From Glaucostegus cemiculus (taxonomy: Eukaryota), in NCBI GenBank assembly GCA_976551045.1, contig CDPCPM010000275.1, forward strand, positions 3,844,001 through 3,908,000: 64,000 bases of DNA, given 5' to 3'. The stretch's first letter is position 1. Each line of letters begins with the position of its first letter. Position numbers and translations under genes: made by a program. Below the pieces are notes generated by a model, which was given only the letters and a program-made list of their open reading frames with translations, had not been told where the DNA came from and searched no databases. Shown piece by piece: positions 1 to 12,218 of the stretch.

Positions 1-380
1 TCCTGAATATTTTATTTCTTCCAAAGTGTTTCCGCACATCACGCCCACAGTTTGTTAGGAGCACTAATTATTTCTATTGCAGATGGACATTGTTGTAAAT
101 AGCCTTCATTCCTTGGAAGAGAAGTAGCCGTGTTATTCTCCGCTTGGATCAGTGAGAAGGGGGAATGCGGTTGAGACGATTAATTCATTGATCTGGGTTT
201 AAATAGTTCGATTTTCACCGCGTTGATCCTAGGAGCCCTTACTGCAAGGACATCTCGTGCTTAACCCGTTTCATGCTTTGATGGTAGGGATCAAGACTTT
301 AAGCACAAGATCATCGCAGAGGAATTACCTGCTTGATACTGTAATCTTGGATTACTTGGTGACCGCTTTGCCAGAGAAAT
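1..380 (+). other. wnt5a: wnt5a exon 1 5'UTR (5' end lies outside the window)
   Basis: Blocks GCACATCACGCCCACA (~34-49), CTAATTA (64-70), GATGGAC (82-88) and GCTTAACCCG (259-268) occur in the same order as in the human WNT5A 5'UTR as I recall it. They are followed by an ATG plus splice donor. The comparison is from memory, not an alignment. Confidence 0.7.
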
Positions 381-386
381 ATGGGG
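381..386 (+). CDS. wnt5a: Wnt5a coding exon 1 (Met-Gly)
   Basis: aaatATGGGG|GTAGGT has a strong Kozak context (A-3, G+4), two codons, then a good phase-0 donor. This mirrors the two-codon (MK) first coding exon of tetrapod WNT5A and joins in frame to exon 2. Confidence 0.65.
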
Positions 387-1047
387 GTAGGTCTACAATG
401 AGACTACAACATCGCTCGTGGCTCTGTTTTAGGTAGAGTTGTACGTTTTGTTACTGCTCCATTAGCAAGGCACTCGACAACAATTCTCTGCGCAAACTAT
501 TGTAGAAGCGTGTGGTAGCTGTGCAAAGAGTGACCATTTCCAAACTCGGACGTGGTAGTAAACTAACGTTAGGCTCTACAAGGGTGTGCATCTGTTTGCT
601 GGCTGTTTCACTCGGGGAACTTGCATAGACAAAAACTGCAGAACATTTTACTTGCACAAAATGGCCTTTCTAACAAGCAGACTGCAACTAACGCACCATC
701 TGATAACCCATTGAAACATTGACTAACACAATTTCAAGTAGCACAAGGTTCTTTTCTTTTTACTTTTTCCTATGTAAGCGAACCTATGCACGGTAGGATG
801 CAATAGTAGTAAAATTCTTACGTATTAGAACTAGTTCCGACGTGGATAAACATGCACTTTGTGCCAAAAGGTAGGGCAGGTATTGCTGTGCTTGCGGCGG
901 TTAAATGTTACATTCTTTGATCGGATGTACAGCATTTGTTCATAACGCGAAACATACTAAGAGAACGCCTAATCATGAATATATTAAACGTTAGAAGCAT
1001 AATTTTAAACCGTGTGGTAATAGCCACAAGTTCCAAAGCGGTGTGTA

Positions 1048-1061
1048 GCCCCATCTAGTGG
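1048..1061 (-). promoter_or_regulatory. candidate CTCF site
   Basis: Reverse complement CCACTAGATGGGGC is close to the CTCF core CCACTAGATGGCGC. Confidence 0.4.
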
Positions 1062-4000
1062 AGTTGTCCCTCGTCCGTTTGTTTAACTCTGAAACCCCCT
1101 CGTTAATCATTTTAAGCACATATAACTCAAGCCGAAAAGTCAAAATCAGCTTAAGTACTGTTACATTAGAATTATTGTTAACGCTCTAACGCCAAGGTAT
1201 TGTCGACCAGCAACCTGATATATTGCAAACAAAACTTTTAATGACCCATTTTACTCCAGGTTGAAATCAAAGTAGGCACAATAATGCAAGAAAAATCTTA
1301 AATCTGTCAGTTGGGGGGGGGGGGGGTGGGTGGTGGTAGTTGATGCTTCGAGAATGTGGAGAATTGTAACTACAGGAAGTATGTTGAGCTTCTCCAATGT
1401 AATAATTGAATGTGCAAACTCCTGCCGAAAAAAAACCAGTAATGCGTGACTAGAACGAATATGATTTGATTTACAACCTGTTAAATTCACGATTTTAATT
1501 AAGTGCCGAAGAAAATAGTGCTGTGTAGCGGTCTCAGATGACCAGTGAGCTGAAGGCTTGTTAACCCCAACCACTACTGGCTGACCCGGGCAGGAAGGAC
1601 TTCTGAAAGATGTGGTTCTGGGCTTGCCAAAGGATGACAAGTAAACCCAATCTCTTCAGATGTTACGTCCTCCCCCCAAAAAAAGTTCGGCGAAGTTAAT
1701 AGACGCAAGACCCGGATTTTCGAGCGCCATCGGACTTCAAGAGTAAGAAATAAAAGTTAAACTGGTGCATTTGAGAAAGTTGGTTCTGCTGCCGAAATTA
1801 TACTCAGACGGCTAAACCGAAACCAAACCAATTTGGAATAAAAGTGCCAGGTTTAAAATGTAGTATTTTCTTAGTTTGCAGACGTTCAGTGGCTCAAATT
1901 ACATATTTATCAGAAAACCATCCCTACTGTGTTTAAACGCATACTACGGGCTCAACTGATTGAACTAGAGTTTGGGCGAATGGAAAATTCACACCATGAA
2001 AAGAGCAACATGAAATTCTAGGACAATCCAGACTTTCTGGTTTTAGAACTGTTTATCTATTTAAACATCCGGAAGATTATAAATTTAATATTAGTGACTG
2101 AAACCAATTAATGAAGCAAATTTTCTTTCATACGCAATGCTTTATTTACAGAGGTGAGGCGAATTTAAAGGTTAAAAAACTATTATTCCAACCGTTGCGA
2201 TGCTCCTGAATTGCTGAAGTTACGGACTTACCTTTAAGGGGGTGTAATTGTGCGAAGAATTTGACACAGCCAAAGTTAAGGGGCCGGCCTTTAATGGAGG
2301 CAGTAAGTACCAGTAGAAGCAGTCAGTTGCTTCGTCTTGTTGTGAGTTGGGGGTGGGGGTCTGCGAGTGTTCCGTAGGAAAAAGGAAACTTGTTAACAGT
2401 AGTAACCAGGAACCTGGAATGATAAGCGTTTGTGACTGTTAAAAGAAGGTGGATGGACGTCAGTGAAGGCAATAGGCTGCCTGCTACAGGCAAAAACAAA
2501 ATGCTAGTAAGAATAACGTGCTGGTGATTCTGAATTCTTCACAGAGAAGGGAAGAGTAGCGTGGGTGTGGGAGAGAGAAGTATGCCGAGGGGAGAGGGTG
2601 TATGGCGCTGTGCAGTTTACTAATAGAGGTGACAGATTCTCTGCTGTTGGAAGAGGCTTGGACATGATTAGCTCTTTTGGGATTTGGAAGAGCAGTGACG
2701 GCTATCTGATCTTTTATTCCCTCCAACCTGATCGCTAGAGAACCGTCAAAAATAACCAGCATTTTCTTTTGGTACAAGTTGAACATTTGAGAGTAATTTC
2801 CGTCAAAAGGTGTTTTAAAATACACATTTATAATTTATCAGTTGTTTTTATTTCAGCCAATATTTACCTCCAAAGAGCAATAGCTGTATATGAGTTTTAA
2901 TAAAAAATCGTTGTTTTGGAACTTGATTTTTGTAAAAGGGGGGGAGGTACACTTTGGGTACTTTAACAATTTTTTTAAAAAAGTTGTTTTGACTGAGTCT
3001 TATCATTGACTTTGCGATAAAGCCTTCTGGATTTTTTTTACCCAAAGAAAAGTTGGTCAAATGTCACTTAAAAAAAGAGGGGAGGGGTGTCTTTCTAAGA
3101 CACAGATCAACTGGATCATTGTTCAATATGTAGAAACTAAATTCTTTTAAGAAAATAAGATTCAAGAAAATATGTGTTGTAGTTGTTATACCAAGGTGCA
3201 GTTGGTTGTGAAATCGTATTTTAGTTTTAATTGATCGATACAGGCATTAGGAGCAATAGAATCCACTCCTCAGTATTAATATGCTGAATGTGAAATAGTT
3301 AAATTGTAGAAGGACGATTAATTCGCCATTTTGCGGAAAACTGCTAGACGGTCAGTGCCGATGTGGGAAAGTGTAGAAACAATTCCGGAATCACACAACT
3401 GGGCTGAGCAGTGTCCTTGATAGCCTCATTTATTGGCTTTGAGATGATTTGTTTTCGGAGGAGTTTTGGCCCTTACATTGCGCTCTTTCATATCAACATT
3501 TATAGGGGAAAGGGAGCCCCCAAGTGTTGAACGCGGGACCTTTGGAACCTCAGCCCCCAGTCAGGGTTTGAAAGTGCGGTCTTTGCCACTTCGACTGGAA
3601 GTTTGGCGGGAGGGGAGAAACTATTCCAAACTTTGAAACTAAATATCTGCATGCGTTTATTATAGTAAACAGATGGGGTGTTTACAGTCGAATACAAATG
3701 CTGCGCGATGGTCCGGTGTTGTACTTTAACATCTCCATTAATTGCTACTTCCCTGCGCTATATAAAACAAAATAATAATTTATTTCAAAATGAAAGAAGT
3801 TGCCCAATAAAATCCCGGTAGATGCCATGTGAATCCCCTAAAAACTAAAGCTGAATTCTCATCTTTTATTTTGATAGACATTGTTTAACCATATTCTAAA
3901 TAAGTTTATATGTACAAAGCTCTCCCCCACCCACCTTCCGCTGTTGCATGCAGTGCAGCACAACGTTAGTCACTGGCTGAACAACACACTGAACTGTGGT

Positions 4001-6296
4001 TACCTTGTATACATTTCTAGCTGAGCGTCTTTGCTTACTCGGAACCTTGTGCACATAGACGATGGTGTTGATGTTTTTCATTTTGGCTTTGGACATTGGC
4101 ATTTTCAGATAAGTAAGTTTGCCTAGAGACAAGCTTAGTGATAAATGAACGGGCTGTGACACCTTGGTGATTAACGTTGGGATACGGATATAAGGTGAAG
4201 TTTTGCCCAGTGCGGCTTCGTGTTTGGTCACAGGACAGGAACTAGCTTGAAAGGGATGTCTGGTCCATTCTGCTCTTCCCTCTCGTCATTTCTCCGCTTC
4301 TAAAGAGCATTTTAAGACTGGCACAGTTACGAGTCTATGTTTATCATTTGCATTCAAGGAATGTAAAATGATAGCAGAAAGATCAGAGGAATTGGATTCT
4401 GTACTGGAACCAAAACGGTGGCTCAACAGGGCCCAAATTCTACTGTAGTCCGTTCCCTTTAAAAGGCGAATAGTTCCAATTCCCCAAGTGAACCTGATAG
4501 CAGTGAGACTCCCATAGGTGTGAATATTTTTTCGTCCGATGTCTTGCAATCGATCATTAGTCTTATCTCTCCCTATCACTGGCAGTAATTCGGAAATCAG
4601 GGGTTTTGGCAGTATATTTTACAGTATTGTCTGTTTTCTGCACTTTCCACCCTGCCTGTATGATTCACACTCTTTCCTGTCTCAGTATTTCTGCTCGGGA
4701 AGATATTTACATAACTTTTTGATGCGACCCTAACATGTGCTAAGTGCACTTAGTACATTTTATGTAAACAAATATTATGACTACTAGCGGTAGTGCGCTT
4801 ATCTCCCATTGATTATCATCAAACAGCCGTAGAAGGACGGTTGACTCCACACAATCCTATCATCTGTTAGTGTATCAGATTGCAGTCTGAATATTTCAGT
4901 GATAAAACTTGAAAAGCAAAACAGAGCCTACAAAGACGTTATTTTATCTATCGGTCTGAAGACTGGAATTAACGTGAACCATACCCTCACTAAAAACACT
5001 AAGGGCATCATGAAATTGGATGTTACCGTTAACGTGAACTGTATACTGGCATCGTCAAATATTTCAATTCATGCTTATCTACTTTATGTTTATATTTTTG
5101 TTTTTTTTACCACGAGGTCCGTTTGCCTAGGTTTGTTTATTAAAATCACTTCAAATTATTCTGCTGCTGGGTGACATCCTCTCATTCTACCACAGACCCC
5201 GCAAAATAGAAACGCTATCTCAGTCCAGCAATGGACCAACTTTAATGTTTAACCTGATTAAATTGGTCCGAGACGTATACTATATACTATTGTTTTAAGC
5301 ACATTTGAACATCGCTGAATGCAATATGCACTAAATTCCGTTGTAACCAACAGTCCGATTGTGTGAGATCACATTAATTTATTCTCACTACTTTCGTGTT
5401 TTAATCAGAATTAGATTTTCTCTGACGAGGGTTGATTCCCATTGTTTTGGAGCTATCGCTGGCTTAGGTTTAAAGTTAACACTCGATTTCGGAATTTATT
5501 TCGAGAGCTTTAATTATCTCTATAATAATGGAACACAGATGGCATTTGAATGTCTAGTGCAGCCAGTTTGAAAGGAGAGATCGGTAGATTATGTCATGTG
5601 GACATATTGATGCACATAGTTCATACCTCATAAGAAATATCTGCTTAAGATTAACTGTTTAACTTTCTGGATCTATCTATATTTCGTACTGACAAACTAA
5701 ACGTTTTACATCTTGCTTTTCAATCACTTTTAAATATCCGGGAACGTGCCATTTGGTTCAAACTCATCTTACAGTATGACAGTTGCTCTGAAAATTCATT
5801 TGTGAGATTCACACATAATATACTTCCAAATGCTTGTCCCAGTGTTTTCTTTTAAAACCAGTTTAACATGCATCCTTTCATATTTAACCGCTTGAAGTAA
5901 TTGATAAATGACGTCTTCAAGTATTACATTTTTCTTCCACCTGTATATTCGCTGTAGTGATTATGGGCAATAAGCGAAAGCTATGAAGGTAAAACAAAAC
6001 GTGCCGTGATAGACTTTTAATGTTTGGACATTCACTTGTAATATATTTGTATACTGAGGATTACAGGAACACCCTCCATTTACACGCAAGCGACCAGATC
6101 TTGATCTGCTGTAGATGTTTCTGAAAAGTGATTAAAGTCTTGGGTTCCAATTGTCTTCAGGTCTATCTTGGTGGAGAATCTGATCTTTGTAGATCCTAGA
6201 AGATTAGACATATTTAGAACAGGCTAATCATTTGCGACACACCGGATAGCTTTTTGAACTAAATTATAATTGCTCGAAAATGAGTAAGAGCAAACT

Positions 6297-6298
<2 letters not shown>

Positions 6299-6344
<46 letters not shown>
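6299..6344. repeat. (GT)23 microsatellite followed by degenerate GT/GA repeats
   Basis: Directly visible. Confidence 0.97.
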
Positions 6345-6345
<1 letters not shown>

Positions 6346-6808
6346 TATGTCTGTGTCTGTGTGAAGGAGAGAGAGAGAGTGTTGGGGAGTAGGGAGCGGT
6401 AATAAAGGTTCTTAACATCATAATTAAGTACCATTCTGCACTGGTTAACTACTAACAATATTTAATGAGGGTACCTGTTGAGTATAGCTCACCTCCAAAC
6501 ACCTTGTTTTCAAACTGAACTGAACGTAATGTTATCATCTTCAATCCATGATGTGTTCCCGTTTGCAGACAAAAATCATGTTTCTTCCATACAGTTTTCA
6601 TCTTAGTCTGACAGAAAGCTGATTATTGGATGAGAGTTTCATTTTTGTAGGAGATGCGGGAGAAAATCAATGTTACGTTAAAATTCCGTGTTCTAACATG
6701 TGGAGATACATTTAACACTATAATAACAATATATTAGGTAGCCCTTGGTAAAATGAAGATTAATCTGTTGAAAATTGCGGTTTAGGTTAATGAAAAATTG
6801 CGAACGCA

Positions 6809-7314
6809 GTTGGATTAGATTTTAATGTGCCTGACGAAAAAGCTTTTTAAATGCTGGAGATGAGTTCAACTATATTCCTTACAAAAATCTAACATGTATA
6901 TAACCATTATATGTTATAATAAAATGGATAATAGAAGCCTATAATTTGAAAAAAAATGTCTTTTTATTCATCTTTTTGTTTAATAGAAACTGAACATTAG
7001 TCTTCTTTCAAATTTATGGACTCCTTTTGATGCAGTTGCACTGCTTCCATGAGTGTTCAGCATCATTGGCCCGTTGGCAGTGAGCTCTTAGACATTTTCA
7101 CGCCAAAAAGCACAACTTGTAGAGCTATTCAATCATATCCATATGCCCAATTCTGGCAACCAATTTAAATGTTTTACATTGCATGTGGATCGCACTTCAG
7201 TGGTGCTTATGTACTTTTGATTCTTTACGGGAATTGTTTTCGTTGAAATCTAAACATTTTAATTGTCACCCAACTTTTCAAACAAGTCCGTTGGATTAGA
7301 TTTTAATGTGCCTG
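6809..7314 (+). repeat. perfect 25-bp direct repeat (6809-6833 and 7290-7314)
   Basis: GTTGGATTAGATTTTAATGTGCCTG is present twice. Confidence 0.9.
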
Positions 7315-8715
7315 CAGTCATTAATTGATTTTGCACAACCCTAAAATGAGAGTAAAAAACTAAATGTGTCTCTATCGTCTAGCAAAAAATAGAATAGAAT
7401 GTCAATATCAAAGGGCCGAACGGAAATAATTACAATATGTAAATTGTGATGAAAACTTCTCTCGAATAATTTGATATCATGCTTCACAAATGGAAACCAG
7501 CAAAAGGAGTTGCGCAACTGCTGTAGGACTGCAGTCTGAAATTGGAAACAGGGACACAGCTAGGCTGGAAATTGAAAGGACCTTTAATTTATGGGCGCGG
7601 TGCAGTTCTATTTAGGATTTTTTTAAAAAGTCAGATACTCTGCAGCATGGTAACATAGAGAACAGATGTTTCAGTGGTAGGATTTGATTAAACATTGGTG
7701 ACGGAAATATTTATATGGCTTTGTAGAAAATAAATACTTTAGAAATTTCATACTTTGACAGTTAAGTCGGGGTCGACAAAGTGCAGGGAATAAACTAATT
7801 AAGAATCCAAAACACAGATCCCTTCAAGTTCGAACAAACTAAATATATTTTGGGTGAGTACTTTGGCAACGTTAGAACAAATTAATTTTATTGACAATCA
7901 TAAAATATCGTTTAGAGAATCGCTTTCCAAATGGCGTTTGTGTTTTGGACCTGGTATCTGCTGTGGAATTTATCTGCTTAGTTTAACTGTGGTGGGCATT
8001 TCCATTATATTCACCTGATGAATCGTGGGCTTGTTAAAATAAGTTATCGTTTGTGAAGCTCGGCAAGTTGTATTTCAGAAAATATAATTCTTACCCCAAT
8101 ACAGAACCCCACCATATTTACACAAGAATAAAACTTGGAAGTGACTAGGTAAACATATTGAACAGCTGCAAGACTGTCCCACTGCACAGTAAATGTCCCT
8201 TAGTTTGCCCGTGCTCTCACTGACATGCATTTCGTGAGGACTTCCTTTGGATATGACTTGTGAAGGAAAATCAGTAAACTAACCTTGCTGTGTTTCTTAT
8301 TACTATTATGTTTTCAGATTTCTATTGCTACAGTTTGAAGTGAAATAGTTTTCTGCAGATCAGTTTTTTTGATATCGTATCTAAAATTATGGTGGGCGGC
8401 CTTTGCTTTTATTTGTTTTAAGATCATTCTGGAAAACGTTTAACGTTTTCTGAGTAGTTGCTACCTTTTGGAGAAGTGTTTCATCCCGGGGGAAATATCG
8501 TTCAGTCAGTCGAGGCAAAACTAAGTGAGTAAATGGAGTTTAAGCTTTACAGTATTTTGCTTTTCAAAAAGTATCCTTAAAACGATTACCTGATCTTATT
8601 TATATGAATTTTTAAATAGAAGTATATTCTTACCCAGGAGAAATAAATACTTAGCATGTCAACAAACAGCTATTTAATCTAATTCCCATAGCTATTTGTT
8701 CTATTGTTATAAAGT

Positions 8716-8732
8716 CTAGCACCTAGTGGGCG
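8716..8732 (-). promoter_or_regulatory. candidate CTCF site
   Basis: Reverse complement CGCCCACTAGGTGCTAG resembles CCACTAGGTGGCAG. Confidence 0.3.
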
Positions 8733-9352
8733 ATCGTACTTCTTGAACCTGAGGTCCGTCTTTCCTCAGTATAAACTTGCATGAACTTGGATCTATTCGC
8801 ATGACGATCAGTGTCACGACTAATATTTACATTAACGACCGGCGGGCATACGAGTGAAATTAGTTGCGCGATGATTATTTATTATGCATCGTTTCCCGAA
8901 GATTAGAATGATTCTGGTGTTCTGTAGAATCCTGCTTCAACATGTCAAATTCCTTCGGAAGATCAATTCTTGTATTTTGTACGCCAAACCTCATAGTACG
9001 AGTTCCTACCTCTTGGCGAGTATTTACTGTTAAATTATCACCTCCTATGAGAATAATTAGGGGAGTTCTTTCTTTTGATTTCATTATTTTGGCTATAATT
9101 CAAAACTGTCAAAAAAATCAGATAGGTACACGATCATTGGATACAGTTCGCAAACATGCGAGGGGATCTTTAAATGCATGAGATATTCATTAATATTTGT
9201 GAAAGTGACTTCCACATTCCAGAGTTACCGAAGTTAGCAGGTCCAGCTCGGATTTTATTTAGAATCACGCTATGGTAATATTGCTGTTGATGTTATTTCC
9301 AAGTCGGCAATCGCGTCATACATTGGCCTTTGTTTCACTGAGGCGTAACGGC

Positions 9353-9539
9353 AACCTTATGACAAATGGTCTTTTTTAAGACCATCTTGCCTGGACTGTA
9401 ATTGTCCGCCAATTACGGTGATTCAAACACATCTGGTAAATTATACCAGATGTATGTGAATCAGTGTAATTGATGGTCAGCCAATAGGAGATTAAAGATG
9501 GTCCTTGAACAAAAGGAGCCACCTTTTCACCTAAAGGTT
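9353..9539. repeat. degenerate palindrome, MITE-like
   Basis: Nested inverted arms around ~9441: ACATCTGGTA/TACCAGATGT, TGATTCA/TGAATCA, CAATTAC/GTAATTG, GACCATCTT/AAGATGGTC, AACCTT/AAGGTT. Confidence 0.7.
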
Positions 9540-9633
9540 CTTTTTATTGTATAGCTGGTCAAAATTCTGATGAACGTTTGTCTATCCTCCCTGCTTTCCT
9601 TGATGTGCATGAGTTGTGATTTATGTTGTGCAG

Positions 9634-9764
9634 AGTGGAGCGGAGACAGTGCAAGGAGCGGTTTACTCAGCTTTGAGAAGTGCCATGGCCTGGAGGTACC
9701 TGCTGGTTACTGTCACTCTCTTATCGGGCTGCAAACAGGTCCTAGTAGAAGCAAGCTCGTGGTG
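9634..9764 (+). CDS. wnt5a: Wnt5a exon 2 (N-terminal extension + signal peptide; internal Met at 9685)
   Basis: Acceptor tgtgcag|AGT and donor TG|GTGAGT. Translates SGAETVQGAVYSALRSAMAWRYLLVTVTLLSGCKQVLVEASSWW, matching the WNT5A '..SAM...QVVIEANSWW' signal-peptide exon. The phase-2 end joins exon 3. Confidence 0.92.
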
Positions 9765-11074
9765 GTGAGTCCACTTTTGGTTAAAACGAAATCTAACTAA
9801 TATGAGTTAATTTTCAACGTCATGGGTGCAGATTTATGTCTAGTGCCCATTCGAACGCAACGATGTTATAACTGCACGTACATATAGATGTTATCCAGCG
9901 TATAGCTCTCCTTTCAATGGGAATTGAAGCAGTAGATAATATTCGTTTCACGTTAGATTCTTCAAATGGTTAAATTTCATAATCTAAGCCTACCAGAGTG
10001 CTCCTTTCGGAGATGGAAAATTTTGAAATCCCACCGTCTGCTGTAGAACCGCTGCTGCTCCAGTAAACCTGTCGACAGCTCCGTGACTCGTCCATTATTA
10101 GAATGTCCTAATATAGAACATGATGTTTCAGATGACTTCAAAGGAATTGTTCAAAAGAGGATCTTTCCTCGTACAGACGAATCTTCCCGTTAGTATTTTT
10201 TAAAAAACCAAGTTGCCACTTTAGGGAACCGAATTCGTCTTGTTTGGTAAAGTCTGAGTGAGCCGGTGCTGGTGTAGTCATTCCTTCCAGCTTCATCACT
10301 TCTTACCCCTCTCCGATGCTTGTCAGAATAAGTACAACGCTAGCTATCTCCGCTTATCTTTATTGCCTCTTACTATGCTATCGTTCAGAGGTGACGTATT
10401 TGACTGGCGTCGTTAGGTTATTTCTGTTACACAAAACGGGACAATACTAAAAACTCAAAACCAGAATTGGAGTGATTAATTGGAAGTGGAAAAAAAAGAC
10501 TTTTATTGTCTCCAGAGAGCAAGTGGAGATCCGCAACAATGCTTCAATAAAATTGTCATGTTTTTATAAACATTCATGCAGTATTGATAGAAGTAATTGC
10601 ACCTTTATGGCAAACTAAAATATAATTATATGAACAAGAGATTTCAGTTGATTAATAGTGTTCTAAGTAATTCCACTGAGCCAGAAAAAATCCAGATTAT
10701 TTTATCTATGTAAATCAATATATTCGACTTCCAAATATTCCAGGAATGGATGGAATCTGGGATATTTGCAGAATAAAAATAACAAATCAATAATTTCTAG
10801 TAAGTAAAATATCATTTCCAAATAATGAAATATTTAATGAAGTATTTCACAATATCAGAGAGTCAACTTAGTTTTCCCCAAGGACTTCAACTCTGCACTA
10901 TGATGCCTTGAATTGCCAACACTGTGTCCTTCATTTAAATGCTGTCCAGATTGCATATATCTTACATTTGGCCAAATACATGGAACACTTTGAGGTTTTT
11001 CTGCAGATTACAGTTGTTATAATGCCTGTGAATAGAGATTCTACCTTCTGCTAAACTTTTTTTCCCCACTCCAG

Positions 11075-11322
11075 GTCTTTAGCCATGAATCCAATTCAAA
11101 TACCTGAGGTGTACATTATAGGAGCTCAACCTTTGTGTAGCCAGCTGGCTGGGCTTTCTCAAGGCCAGAAGAAGCTTTGCCAGTTGTACCGGGATCACAT
11201 GCAATATATTGGAGAGGGTGCTAAAACTGGCATCAAGGAATGTCAACATCAGTTCAGACACCGGCGGTGGAATTGCAGCACAGTTGATAACACATCTGTC
11301 TTCGGCAGGGTCATGCAGATAG
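11075..11322 (+). CDS. wnt5a: Wnt5a exon 3
   Basis: Pyrimidine tract with ccag|G acceptor and AG|GTACAT donor. Translates [35 protein letters not shown]...[39 protein letters not shown] and TVDNTS are 5A-type rather than 5B-type. Confidence 0.98.
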
Positions 11323-12218
11323 GTACATTTCGCTTTCAAGTGTGCAAAGTCTCTTTAGGACTTGTGTGTGCATGCATATGTGTTTGGGTGTGTATTTTTG
11401 CAAAGTTGTTTCATTTCCTACTCAACGTAACTGTACAAATTGAAATATTTTGTGAGCACATTTTGTCTGTCATATTATTTTCCTGCATCCTCCCCTATAT
11501 GTTCAAACCAATGAAAACTGGTTTTCATTCTAATTATCCTCAGCTTTTTAAAAATCTGTTAAGCATTACCATTTAACAGCACATTTAGTTCTGGGCCAGA
11601 AGTCTTCCCATTCTTGTCAGTCAATTTTCCTTTTTCTTTTCTTTTTTTTAAATTACGGTCTTGGAAGTAATTTTATCTTCCTATCCCATCTACAAATAGT
11701 TCTTCTTATCTACGATATCCCATCATCAAGAACCTAACCAACTACAAGTAGTGGTCCATTGTATTTAAAGTAAAACAAAATTAACCAAACAATTCAAAAT
11801 ATTCCATTTAATGACAAAGTTTACCAGGGAAAGATTGCACTTATATTCTGAGACCAGTAGGTGTAAATTACTATTTGTAGTTGACAAGACTCATATTATG
11901 CTGTCACTTTGTAAATCCCTCACTATCAGATGTCTCTATGGTGAAAGCTCTGATCATTGATGCTCAAGTATTAATGTTAAGAGCATCTGGATAGAATTGC
12001 TTGTTTCACTGCTATTTAAATTTACTATGAAGTCATGTAAAAACTTAAGCAAAATAGGAATGTGTACTTAGTGATTTAAATTAGTATTTTATTAACCCAA
12101 TTCCTTCAAACTGACTAACTTCATCAAAGGTATAGAATCTGCTTAGCTTTTACATCTTGATGAGAGCATTTGGAAATTTTTAGGAGCAGAATGATTGTAG
12201 AAGTTAAAGGCTGTGGGC

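Noticed and set aside
276-10143. Scattered TCF/LEF-like motifs (CTTTGAT/ATCAAAG)
   Set aside because: The frequency is not clearly above chance in AT-rich DNA.
11323-11576. Hydrophobic C-terminal extension of the 163-aa ORF (membrane-tethered Wnt)
   Set aside because: Read-through into T-rich intron 3 past a canonical donor; no evidence of intron retention.
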